Below are positions 18,426-26,283 of a stretch of 53,499 nucleotides of DNA, piece after piece. Positions within the stretch are counted from its first letter, which is position 1, and every line of letters starts with the position of its first letter. This DNA comes from Oscillospiraceae bacterium (lineage in GTDB: Bacteria > Bacillota > Clostridia > Oscillospirales > Acutalibacteraceae). A program made the translations under genes and the position numbers. The stretch covers positions 1 through 53,499 of the forward strand of contig CACYEQ010000041.1 in NCBI GenBank assembly GCA_902773485.1, read 5' to 3'. The notes beneath the pieces are model-generated. The model saw only the letters and a program-made list of their open reading frames with translations, was not told the origin of the DNA and did no database searches.

Positions 18426-19742
18426 ATGTCTTTAATAGTTGCAAAGTTCGGCGGCTCATCTTTGGCTGATGCAAACCAGTTCAGAAAAGTTGCAAAAATA
18501 GTAAAAGAAAACCCCGACAGAAAATACATTGTACCTTCTGCACCGGGCAAGCGTTTTGATGATGATATTAAAGTTACTGATTTGCTTTACAACGCTTATG
18601 AACTCGCCAGCGAGGGCGAGGATTTTATACCTGTTTTAAAAACTATTGAGCAAAGATTTGACAGCATTATTGCCGATTTAGGACTTGATATAGATTTAAA
18701 ACCCGAATACGAAAAAATCCGCATTGCACTTGAATCTGACGCAGGAAGGGACTATGCCGCTTCACGAGGCGAATATCTTTCGGGTATGATTTTGGCAGAA
18801 TTGCTCGGCTACCATTTTATGGACGCCGCCAAATGTATAAGATTTAACGAAACAGGTAGTTTTAATTCTGATTTTACTTTCGAAAAAACAGCAGAGCATT
18901 TATCTCATTACGAACACGCGGTAATTCCGGGATTTTACGGAAGAATGCCTAACGGCACAATAAAAACATTCTCCCGAGGCGGTTCGGATATTACGGGTTC
19001 GCTGGTTACTCGTGCTGTCGGTGCTGATTTATATGAAAACTGGACAGATGTTGACGGATTTTTGATAACCGACCCGAGAATTATTAAAAACGCAAAAATA
19101 ATTAAAAAAATTACATATAAAGAACTTCGTGAACTTTCATATATGGGTGCAACAGTGCTTCACGAAGACGCAATTTTCCCTGTTCATCAGGCAGGTATTC
19201 CAATAAACATTCGCAATACCAACAATCCGAGCGCACCCGGTACTATGATTGTTTCAGAATACAAGGTTGATGAGAACACACCGAATATTACAGGTATTGC
19301 AGGTAAAAAGGGCTTTTCAATTATTAACATTGAAAAAGCGATGATGAATTCAGAAATCGGATTTGGCAAAAAAGTTTTGTCTGTTTTAGAGCGTGAAGGG
19401 CTTTGTTTTGAACATCTTCCGTCAGGCATTGATACTATGTCGGTAGTTATAGAAACCAAAGCGATTGAAGATAAAAAAGAAGATTTAGTTTACACAATCA
19501 AGCGTGAAACGCTGGCTGACAGTATTTCTTTTGAAGATAACCTTGCTTTAATAGCGGTTGTCGGCGTGGGAATGAAAAATGTAACAGGCACAGCGGCAAA
19601 AGTTTTAACAGCAATTTCAAAGAAAAACATAAACATTCGTATGCTTGACCAAGGCTCATCGGAAATCAATATTATTATCGGTGTAGATGCACAGAATTTT
19701 GAAGAAGCATTGCAAGCAATTTATACTGAATTTTTTGATTAA
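18426..19742 (+). CDS. Aspartate kinase
   Basis: VAKFGGSSLA N-terminus, amino-acid kinase fold, and two C-terminal ACT domains. Confidence 0.9.
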   Translation: MSLIVAKFGGSSLADANQFRKVAKIVKENPDRKYIVPSAPGKRFDDDIKVTDLLYNAYELASEGEDFIPVLKTIEQRFDSIIADLGLDIDLKPEYEKIRIALESDAGRDYAASRGEYLSGMILAELLGYHFMDAAKCIRFNETGSFNSDFTFEKTAEHLSHYEHAVIPGFYGRMPNGTIKTFSRGGSDITGSLVTRAVGADLYENWTDVDGFLITDPRIIKNAKIIKKITYKELRELSYMGATVLHEDAIFPVHQAGIPINIRNTNNPSAPGTMIVSEYKVDENTPNITGIAGKKGFSIINIEKAMMNSEIGFGKKVLSVLEREGLCFEHLPSGIDTMSVVIETKAIEDKKEDLVYTIKRETLADSISFEDNLALIAVVGVGMKNVTGTAAKVLTAISKKNINIRMLDQGSSEINIIIGVDAQNFEEALQAIYTEFFD

Positions 19743-19760
19743 TAATTCTGAGCAAAATAA

Positions 19761-19791
19761 AAAGACGCTTTAAAAAAGCGTCTTTTTTGAT
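19761..19791. terminator. Bidirectional intrinsic terminator
   Basis: aaagacgctt/aagcgtcttt hairpin followed by a T-run. Lies between convergent genes. Confidence 0.75.
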
Positions 19792-19793
19792 GT

Positions 19794-20378
19794 TTATTTT
19801 TCTTCAATTAATTTCATAATCGGTTTTACATTAATAATTGCAATACAACCTATTATTGTAATAATTGTTTCGGGCAACATATATCCGCCGTTGTATGTTA
19901 AACTGTAAACCCATGCGCCTATCCAACCTTTTGAATAGTCAGCCCAGATTGTAACGCCTGAAATAAAGTGGCACAAAAATCTCAACAAGCAACCAATAAA
20001 AGCACCGAGCCCGATTGCCACGCTTCTGTTTTCAATTTTATTTCTGAATAGTCCTGCAAGACCGATTACGCCGAAAGCGATAAAATAATCTGCAAAAATC
20101 AAAATTAAGTAAGCAACAATTCCCGAAACATAAGAAAAGTTTGAAAGGCCGTCAATTACCATATTAAGCACGCCCATAACTGCACCGCTCAAAAATCCCC
20201 AGCCTATGCCGTAACACCAGCCTATTAATGCAAGCGGAACCATACTGAAAACGGTTACAGAACCACCAAAAGGCCATTTAATTGGTGTTAAGATGTTCAA
20301 AACGAGCGAAAGAGCAATGAAAACTGCCGAAACGGTCATTCTTCTTGTTAATTGTTTTTGTGTAAGTTTTGTTGACAT
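19794..20378 (-). CDS. thiT: ECF transporter S-component, thiamine-specific (ThiT-like)
   Basis: 194-aa polytopic membrane protein directly downstream of a TPP riboswitch. Confidence 0.8.
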   Translation of the reverse strand: MSTKLTQKQLTRRMTVSAVFIALSLVLNILTPIKWPFGGSVTVFSMVPLALIGWCYGIGWGFLSGAVMGVLNMVIDGLSNFSYVSGIVAYLILIFADYFIAFGVIGLAGLFRNKIENRSVAIGLGAFIGCLLRFLCHFISGVTIWADYSKGWIGAWVYSLTYNGGYMLPETIITIIGCIAIINVKPIMKLIEEK

Positions 20379-20416
20379 AATTTATGTCCTCCTAAAAAAA
20401 TATTAGACAAATAAAA

Positions 20417-20550
20417 ATGCGTTTCGACACCGAAACGCAAAAAATCCTTGATATTTAGAAATTCCTACGCCGGCATTATCCGTATCAGGTTACAGGGTTT
20501 AAAGTTGCAACAAACTTATTCTCAGCCGACTTAAAATCAGCACCCCTTTT
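20417..20550 (-). promoter_or_regulatory. TPP (THI-box) riboswitch with terminator expression platform
   Basis: Minus strand reads AGGGGTGC..GGCTGAGA..AACCCTGTAACCTGATACGGATAATGCCGGCGTAGGA. This is followed by gcgtttcg/cgaaacgc (20419-20438) and a U-run. Confidence 0.88.
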
Positions 20551-20565
20551 CATTTGTCATCTAGT

Positions 20566-20594
20566 ATTATATACCTTTGTTAAACCTTTGTCAA
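20566..20594 (-). promoter_or_regulatory. Sigma-A promoter for the TPP riboswitch-thiT unit
   Basis: Minus strand: TTGACA (20589-94), 17 nt spacer, TATAAT (20566-71). Confidence 0.6.
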
Positions 20595-20633
20595 GGGAAA
20601 ATAAAATTCAAATACAGAGAATATTTTTTGTGT

Positions 20634-20661
20634 ATTCAAAATTTAGCATTATATTTTGAAT
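20634..20661. promoter_or_regulatory. Perfect 9-bp inverted repeat (ATTCAAAAT-N10-ATTTTGAAT), candidate operator upstream of the RHH gene
   Basis: Arms at 20634-20642 and 20653-20661. The repeat overlaps a possible -35 (TTGAAT 20656-61). Confidence 0.35.
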
Positions 20662-20712
20662 ATATACAAATTATATAATATTAAATACAATAAATTAAAG
20701 AGGTGATTTATT

Positions 20713-20895
20713 GTGGAGTATTTTAAACCGACAAAACCTGAAAAAGAAGTTATTTCAATAAGAATACCTACTGATTTATTAAAAGATGTTTATAAGAAAT
20801 CAGCAGAAGCCGATATCAGCCGAAACGAATTTATAAATCAATGTATTAATTTCGCAATTGACAATATGCAAAATTGTTTGTTTTACAGAGTGTAA
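20713..20895 (+). CDS. Ribbon-helix-helix (CopG/Arc-like) small DNA-binding protein
   Basis: GTG start 5 nt after AGAGGTGA. The segment VISIRIPTDLLKDVYKKSAEADISRNEFINQCINFAI fits a beta-alpha-alpha RHH pattern. Confidence 0.6.
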   Translation: MEYFKPTKPEKEVISIRIPTDLLKDVYKKSAEADISRNEFINQCINFAIDNMQNCLFYRV

Positions 20896-20922
20896 ATGTA
20901 TTACTCTTTTAATTGTATGGCA

Positions 20923-21240
20923 GGGGCGGTGGCTCTCGCCGTGCGAAGAACCTCCGCTCGCAACACTTCGGCGAGTAGTCTGATTTAACTTTAAGATTTG
21001 TGATGCCTCAGGGTTAATAATTCGCTTCAACTTTGAGGCTTTTATTTTTTATCAAATATATAAATGTTTTGTAGGGGAGTGCATTGCACTCCCGAAATAA
21101 ATGCACAAAACAAAAACAGGAACGCATTGCGTTCCCCTACAAAATACATTTTTGTTTGAAAGCCTTCGACTTTCGGGAAGGTGGCAAGCGAATGATTGAC
21201 GAATGAGGACAAAAACTGCGATTGCTACGCCCCCTACATT
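20923..21240. repeat. Composite intergenic repeat, copy 1
   Basis: Modules: GC hairpin, CTTCGGCGAG, GCCTCAGGG hairpin with T-run, ATCAAATATATAAATGTTTTGTAGGGG, and hairpins. Shares ordered modules with copies at 38966, 42300-42903, 46612, and 49851. Confidence 0.8.
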
Positions 21241-21242
21241 TT

Positions 21243-22373
21243 TTATTTTTTACTATCGTAATCTTCTAAAAAATTATGCTTAACGCCGTCTTTTTTGTAG
21301 GCGATAACGGTGTTTAAATTTACATTTTCAACGCTTTTGAAAATATGCTTTTCAACAAGCGGATTTGTCTTTTTAATTTCGGCTATCAACTGCTTGATTT
21401 CGACCCGTTTCGAGCGGTTTTCCTCGTTGTTACAGGTTGTACAAGTATCGGTAAACTTGCAGGCACACTGAATAAAATGTAAATCATTATAATCCCGCCA
21501 TGCTTTAATATCATCTTCACGGATAAGGTAAAGCGGACGAATTAACTCCATACCCTCAAAATTCGTACTGTGAAGTTTGGGCATCATAGTTTGCACCTGT
21601 GCACCGTAAAGCATACCCATTAATATAGTTTCAATAACATCATCAAAGTGGTGACCGAGTGCAATTTTGTTGCAACCCATTTGTTTGGCAAAATTGTAAA
21701 GATACCCCCGCCTCATTCTCGCGCAAAGGTAGCAGGGCGATTTTTCAATATTGTAAACCGACTCAAAGATGTTCGACTCAAAAATTTCAATAGGAACATT
21801 GAGTTTTTTTGCATTTTGCTCAATAACTTTGCGGTTTTCAGCATTATAGCCGGGGTCCATTACTAAAAATTTTACGCTAAAATCAAAATCGCTGAACCTT
21901 TGCAATTGCTGAAAAAGTTTAGCCATAAGCATTGAATCTTTACCGCCCGAAATGCAAACGGCGACTTTATCGCCCGGTTTTATCAGTTCATAGGTTTTAA
22001 TCGCTTTGGTAAACTTTGAAAAAATAGTTTTGCGAAACTTTTTTTGCAGACTTTTTTCTACCGATTTGCAAAAATCAACCGAATCTTCTCGTTCAATCTC
22101 GCTCATAAGCCAAGCGATATATCCGCCTTTAAGACTGTACGCATCAAGCCCGACTTTGCAAAGTTTTTCGGCGGTTTTGATACTTTTCTGTCCTCTTGTG
22201 CAACAAATAACGATTTTTTTATCGGGTTGTGGCGGGTTTTTTAAAAGTTCTTCTTCCGATATGCAAACCGCATTTTTTATTTCGCCGTGCATAATTTCAA
22301 TTTCGCTTCTTGTGTCGTAAATTATGTAACTGTTTTTATCCAGTATTTTTAGTTCTTCAATTGTAATTTCCAT
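21243..22373 (-). CDS. Rhodanese domain fused to a TtcA/PP-loop tRNA thiolation-type ATPase
   Basis: N-terminal rhodanese (~100 aa) with active-site loop CCTRGQKS. Followed by PP-loop SGGKDS and conserved Cys pairs (CYLCARMRR; CACKF...CTTC). Confidence 0.85.
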   Translation of the reverse strand: MEITIEELKILDKNSYIIYDTRSEIEIMHGEIKNAVCISEEELLKNPPQPDKKIVICCTRGQKSIKTAEKLCKVGLDAYSLKGGYIAWLMSEIEREDSVDFCKSVEKSLQKKFRKTIFSKFTKAIKTYELIKPGDKVAVCISGGKDSMLMAKLFQQLQRFSDFDFSVKFLVMDPGYNAENRKVIEQNAKKLNVPIEIFESNIFESVYNIEKSPCYLCARMRRGYLYNFAKQMGCNKIALGHHFDDVIETILMGMLYGAQVQTMMPKLHSTNFEGMELIRPLYLIREDDIKAWRDYNDLHFIQCACKFTDTCTTCNNEENRSKRVEIKQLIAEIKKTNPLVEKHIFKSVENVNLNTVIAYKKDGVKHNFLEDYDSKK

Positions 22374-22470
22374 TTTTAATCCTTTTTCGTTTTAGTTATT
22401 AGAATTATATTATATTAAGCGAAAATTGTCAAACGCAAATAAATATTTATGACTGCTGAGCAAAAAATGC

Positions 22471-22498
22471 TTGACAAAATAAAAGGTTTGTGTATAAT
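22471..22498 (+). promoter_or_regulatory. Sigma-A promoter of the T-box leader
   Basis: TTGACA (22471-76), 16 nt spacer, TATAAT (22493-98). Confidence 0.6.
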
Positions 22499-22514
22499 AT
22501 AATAGTATAAAGAG

Positions 22515-22801
22515 AAACCGAAGAAGATGAGTAAGTAACTTTTTATTTGTTTTTCAGAGAGCCGTCGGGCGGTGTAAGACGGTAGGCGATACTAAAGCGA
22601 ATGGACATCGGAGGGTGACACGAAAGCCGAAAATTATGGGCGAGTAGCAGTCAACGGGATTTTTCTGTACCCGTTACCAATGCAGACTTGTATATTTTTG
22701 TACAAGAATTAAGCGGATACATACTTTGTATCAACTTGGGTGGTACCGCAGGAGATTTTGTTTTATTCCTGTCCCTTGAAATCAAGGGACAGGTTTTTTT
22801 T
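22515..22801 (+). promoter_or_regulatory. T-box riboswitch, Trp specifier (UGG)
   Basis: GA/K-turn GAAGATGAGTA and AGAGAG bulge with distal GGTGTAAG. Specifier context GAA-TGG-A (TGG 22592-94) and F-box CCGTTA. T-box AACTTGGGTGGTACCGCA (22733-50) and terminator cctgtcccttga/tcaagggacagg (22768-92) plus T9. Confidence 0.9.
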
Positions 22802-22914
22802 ATTTTAAAAAAAGGAGAAAATATATATGATAAAAACAAAACGATGGCGAATTTCAAAACTATTTTAGGCTTTTATTTAAAAAATTTATAAATATATTTA
22901 AGGAGAAAACTATC

Positions 22915-23907
22915 ATGAAAAAAATATTAGCATTACTTTTAACTTTATCATTGGCAATTTGCTTCGCCTCTTGCGGCAGCGATGAAGCAAAAAAAGGAAC
23001 AAAAACAGACAAAACTTACAAAATAGGCATAATTCAGTATATGAGCCACCCTTCGCTTGACAACTGCTACAACGGCATTATCAAAGGGCTTGACGAAGCA
23101 GGCGTTAAATATGAGGCTGACTATCAAACAGGCTCAGCAAACTCTGCTGACGCTGACTGCACAAACTTTGCAAAGAAAATGGTAAGCGACGGCGTTGATA
23201 TGATTTTTGCAATAGCAACACCTGCCGCACAAAGCGCTTACAATGCAACCGCCGATACTGATATTCCTGTTATTTTCTGTGCTGTATCCGACCCTGAGGG
23301 TGCAAAACTCGTTAAATCTAACGATAAACCCGGTTCACTTTGCACAGGTACATCTGATGTTCTTGACCTTGCGGCTCAAGTTGATATGATTCAGGCTATG
23401 CAGAAAGATGTTAAAAAAATCGGTATTCTTTACACCGCTTCTGAGGCAAACTCGGTAACTAACCTTAAAAATTTCCAAAAAGTTTGCGATGAAAGAAAAC
23501 TCGAAGTTGTTTCAAAAGCAGTAAACAACGCTGCTGATATTCCATCTGCCGCAGAAGATTTGGCAGCTCAGGTTGACTGCATTAACAACTTTACAGATAA
23601 CAATGTTGTAAACAATTTAAAAGTTGTATTAAAAGCCGCCGAGAACCACAAAATTCCTGTTTACGGTTCGGAAGAAGAGCAGGTTAAAAACGGTTGCTTG
23701 GCGTCAGTTTCAATCGACTATGTTGCACTGGGCAAAGTAACAGGTAAAATGGGAGCCGATGTCTTAGGCGGTAAAGACGCTGCAACAATGGCGGTAAAAA
23801 CAATTACCGACGCTACACCTATTGTAAATACAGATGTGTTAAAAACTCTTAATATGACAATGCCTGAAAGTTATTCGAACGCACAAACTGTAACTACTAA
23901 CAAATAA
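22915..23907 (+). CDS. ABC transporter substrate-binding lipoprotein (TrpX-like, ABC_sub_bind family)
   Basis: Signal peptide with lipobox FASC. Lies downstream of the Trp T-box, in the family seen in TrpXYZ-type aromatic amino-acid importers. Confidence 0.8.
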   Translation: MKKILALLLTLSLAICFASCGSDEAKKGTKTDKTYKIGIIQYMSHPSLDNCYNGIIKGLDEAGVKYEADYQTGSANSADADCTNFAKKMVSDGVDMIFAIATPAAQSAYNATADTDIPVIFCAVSDPEGAKLVKSNDKPGSLCTGTSDVLDLAAQVDMIQAMQKDVKKIGILYTASEANSVTNLKNFQKVCDERKLEVVSKAVNNAADIPSAAEDLAAQVDCINNFTDNNVVNNLKVVLKAAENHKIPVYGSEEEQVKNGCLASVSIDYVALGKVTGKMGADVLGGKDAATMAVKTITDATPIVNTDVLKTLNMTMPESYSNAQTVTTNK

Positions 23908-23923
23908 TTAAAGGAAGTAAAAA

Positions 23924-24874
23924 ATGAATTTTTTAAGCGCCTGTGATGTATTTTTAAGTCAAGGCTTTGTTTATTCACTTATTGCACTGGGCTACTATGT
24001 TTCATTTCATATATTGGATTTTCCCGATTTGACCGTAGAGGGAACATTTCTTTCGGGTGCGGTCGCTTACGGACTTATTTGTGCAAAAGGAATTAATCCG
24101 TTTATCGGAATACTTTTAGCGTTTATAGTAGGTGCATTGTTTGGTGCATTAACGGGAATTTTAAATGTAAAACTTAAAATTCGACCGCTTCTTTGCGGTA
24201 TTTTGGTATCAACCATGTTAATTTCTATTAACCTTGTCGCAACAAGCGTAGGTCTTATCGGCGATTTCACCGTAAGCGGTGAAACATCAATTCCTTACGG
24301 CAGAGATGTTATAACGCTTCATTCATCAAGCATTTTTTCATTCATACCCGCAAAAGTGCGAGAACTCGGCAATATCGGGCTTCGAGATTTAGTAATTTTC
24401 TTCATGTTTGCACTTATTTGCAAAATTTTGCTCGACTTATACTTAAAAACCAAAAACGGATTGTTGCTTCGTGCGACGGGCAACAATCCGCAGTTTGTAA
24501 AAATGCTGTCGTGCGACCCGGGCAAGTCGAAAATTATCGGTCTTGCTATCGGAAACGGTCTTGCTGCAATTTCCGGTGCGCTATACACCGAAATTAACGG
24601 AAATGTAAACCAGAGTATGGGTATCGGAATGATTGTTATAGGCTTGGCTTCGTTGATTATCGGTATCTCGCTTTTCCAAAAAGTTAAGTTTATGAAAGAT
24701 ACTACCAAAGTAATCTTAGGTGCAATAATTTACCAGGCTTGCCTGACCGTAGCACAGAAACTCGGCGTTCCGAGTGCTTATAACAAAATGATTATGGCAG
24801 TTCTGTTTACAATTGCTTTGCTTTTATCAGGCAAACTTCAAGTTAAAGGAGGCAGTAAAAATGCTCGAACTTAG
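23924..24874 (+). CDS. ABC transporter permease (TrpY-like)
   Basis: 316-aa polytopic membrane protein in the same operon. Confidence 0.85.
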   Translation: MNFLSACDVFLSQGFVYSLIALGYYVSFHILDFPDLTVEGTFLSGAVAYGLICAKGINPFIGILLAFIVGALFGALTGILNVKLKIRPLLCGILVSTMLISINLVATSVGLIGDFTVSGETSIPYGRDVITLHSSSIFSFIPAKVRELGNIGLRDLVIFFMFALICKILLDLYLKTKNGLLLRATGNNPQFVKMLSCDPGKSKIIGLAIGNGLAAISGALYTEINGNVNQSMGIGMIVIGLASLIIGISLFQKVKFMKDTTKVILGAIIYQACLTVAQKLGVPSAYNKMIMAVLFTIALLLSGKLQVKGGSKNART

Positions 24875-25634
24875 AAATGTTTACACCTCTTTTAACAAAG
24901 GCACCGTTGATGAAATGAATCTTTTTAAAGATTTTAATTTAAAAGTGAACAAAGGCGAGTTTGTTTCTATTATCGGTTCAAACGGAAGCGGTAAAACAAC
25001 GCTTTTGAACCTTATTTGCGGAACGCTCGAACTTGACAGCGGTTCGGTATTTTTCGACGGAAAAGATATTACAAAAGTTAAAGAATACAAGCGAGCAAAA
25101 CATATAGGCAGGGTTTTTCAGGACCCGAAAATGGGTACTTGTTCAAATCTTACTATACTTGAAAATTTCGCACTTGCCGATAACAAACAAAAAAGATATT
25201 CGCTGGCGGGTGCTATTTCAAGAAAGCGTATTGATTATTACAGGCAGATTATAAGTGAATGTAATATGGGGCTTGAAGACAGAATGAATGTCAAAGTAGG
25301 CGCACTTTCGGGCGGTCAGCGCCAGGCACTTGCACTGGTTATTGCAGGTATGACTGATATTGATTTGCTGATTTTAGACGAGCACACGGCGGCGCTTGAC
25401 CCGAATTCCAGTGAAACAATTATGCTCTTGACTGACAAGGTCGTTAAAGAGAAAAATCTTACCGCTATGATGGTAACGCATAATATTCGCCACGCCACCA
25501 ATTACGGCAACCGTCTTTTGATGATGAGTGCAGGCGAGATTATTATGGATAAAGCAGAGCATGAAAAGAAAACTACTTCTATTAATGATATTTTGACCGT
25601 TTTCAATGAAATCAGCATAGAAGTCGGCAACTAA
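24861..25634 (+). CDS. ABC transporter ATP-binding protein (TrpZ-like)
   Basis: Walker A GSNGSGKTT, signature LSGGQRQ, Walker B LILDEHT. ATG 24861 follows AAAGGAGG; the track start at 24813 lies inside the permease gene. Confidence 0.9.
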   Translation: MLELRNVYTSFNKGTVDEMNLFKDFNLKVNKGEFVSIIGSNGSGKTTLLNLICGTLELDSGSVFFDGKDITKVKEYKRAKHIGRVFQDPKMGTCSNLTILENFALADNKQKRYSLAGAISRKRIDYYRQIISECNMGLEDRMNVKVGALSGGQRQALALVIAGMTDIDLLILDEHTAALDPNSSETIMLLTDKVVKEKNLTAMMVTHNIRHATNYGNRLLMMSAGEIIMDKAEHEKKTTSINDILTVFNEISIEVGN

Positions 25635-25653
25635 TTTTTAACTCAAACAAAAA

Positions 25654-25692
25654 GCAGATATACGGCTATTCCGTATATCTGCCTATTTTTTT
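25654..25692. terminator. Bidirectional intrinsic terminator
   Basis: 12-bp stem gcagatatacgg/ccgtatatctgc with T-runs on both strands. Lies between convergent genes. Confidence 0.8.
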
Positions 25693-25701
25693 TATAACAT
25701 T

Positions 25702-26223
25702 TTATTGTAGAAAATTGTTCAAAAACTTATTCTTTTTAACTAAAAAGTACAACGGTGTTCCCAAAACGAAAACCACAACGGCTTCGCCTGTTCCCACGAT
25801 AAAAAATGCCCATAAGAACGATGAGAACGCATCCGGAACGAACAAACGCAGTTCAATTCCGACTATTACCGCATTTGCAATAATCGGCGGCAGGAACGAC
25901 CAAAAAGGAAAACCCTTAATTGTTACATTTCGCAACAACCAACTAATCAGCGCCGCTATGAGCGTTGCGAGCGAGCCGAAAACGACATCGACCATACCAA
26001 GCCCGGAAAAAGCCATACCGATTAAATTCGCTATAACGCATCCGGCAAAAAGACCGGGTACTGCCGAAAATGTAAATATCGGCAAAATTGTGAGTGCTTC
26101 CGAAACTCGAAATTCAATACCTAAGTTTCCATAAGAAACCGCTCCGAGTGCGAGCGTCAAAACCGTATAAACTGCGCCGATTAACGCTCCTTTTACAACA
26201 AAATTTGTGTGTTTTTTTTGCAT
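25702..26223 (-). CDS. queT: QueT-family queuosine-precursor transporter (ECF S-component-like)
   Basis: 173-aa polytopic membrane protein immediately downstream of a preQ1-I riboswitch. Confidence 0.8.
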   Translation of the reverse strand: MQKKHTNFVVKGALIGAVYTVLTLALGAVSYGNLGIEFRVSEALTILPIFTFSAVPGLFAGCVIANLIGMAFSGLGMVDVVFGSLATLIAALISWLLRNVTIKGFPFWSFLPPIIANAVIVGIELRLFVPDAFSSFLWAFFIVGTGEAVVVFVLGTPLYFLVKKNKFLNNFLQ

Positions 26224-26232
26224 ATTAATGCA

Positions 26233-26272
26233 TCTCCTTGTTTTTATTTAAGTCAGGTAATCGCGACTGACT
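26233..26272 (-). promoter_or_regulatory. preQ1-I riboswitch (translational; the SD is part of the pseudoknot tail)
   Basis: Minus strand reads GUCAG-UCGCGAUUAC-CUGAC-UUAAAUAAAAACAAGGAG. It has the P1 stem, loop and A-rich tail layout of class I preQ1 aptamers, and AAGGAG lies 6 nt before the ATG. Confidence 0.8.
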
Positions 26273-26283
26273 TATTAACTTTT

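Noticed and set aside
22651-22891. Track ORFs 22651-22857 (minus) and 22688-22891 (plus).
   Set aside because: They lie within the T-box leader and terminator. The region is explained by the riboswitch.
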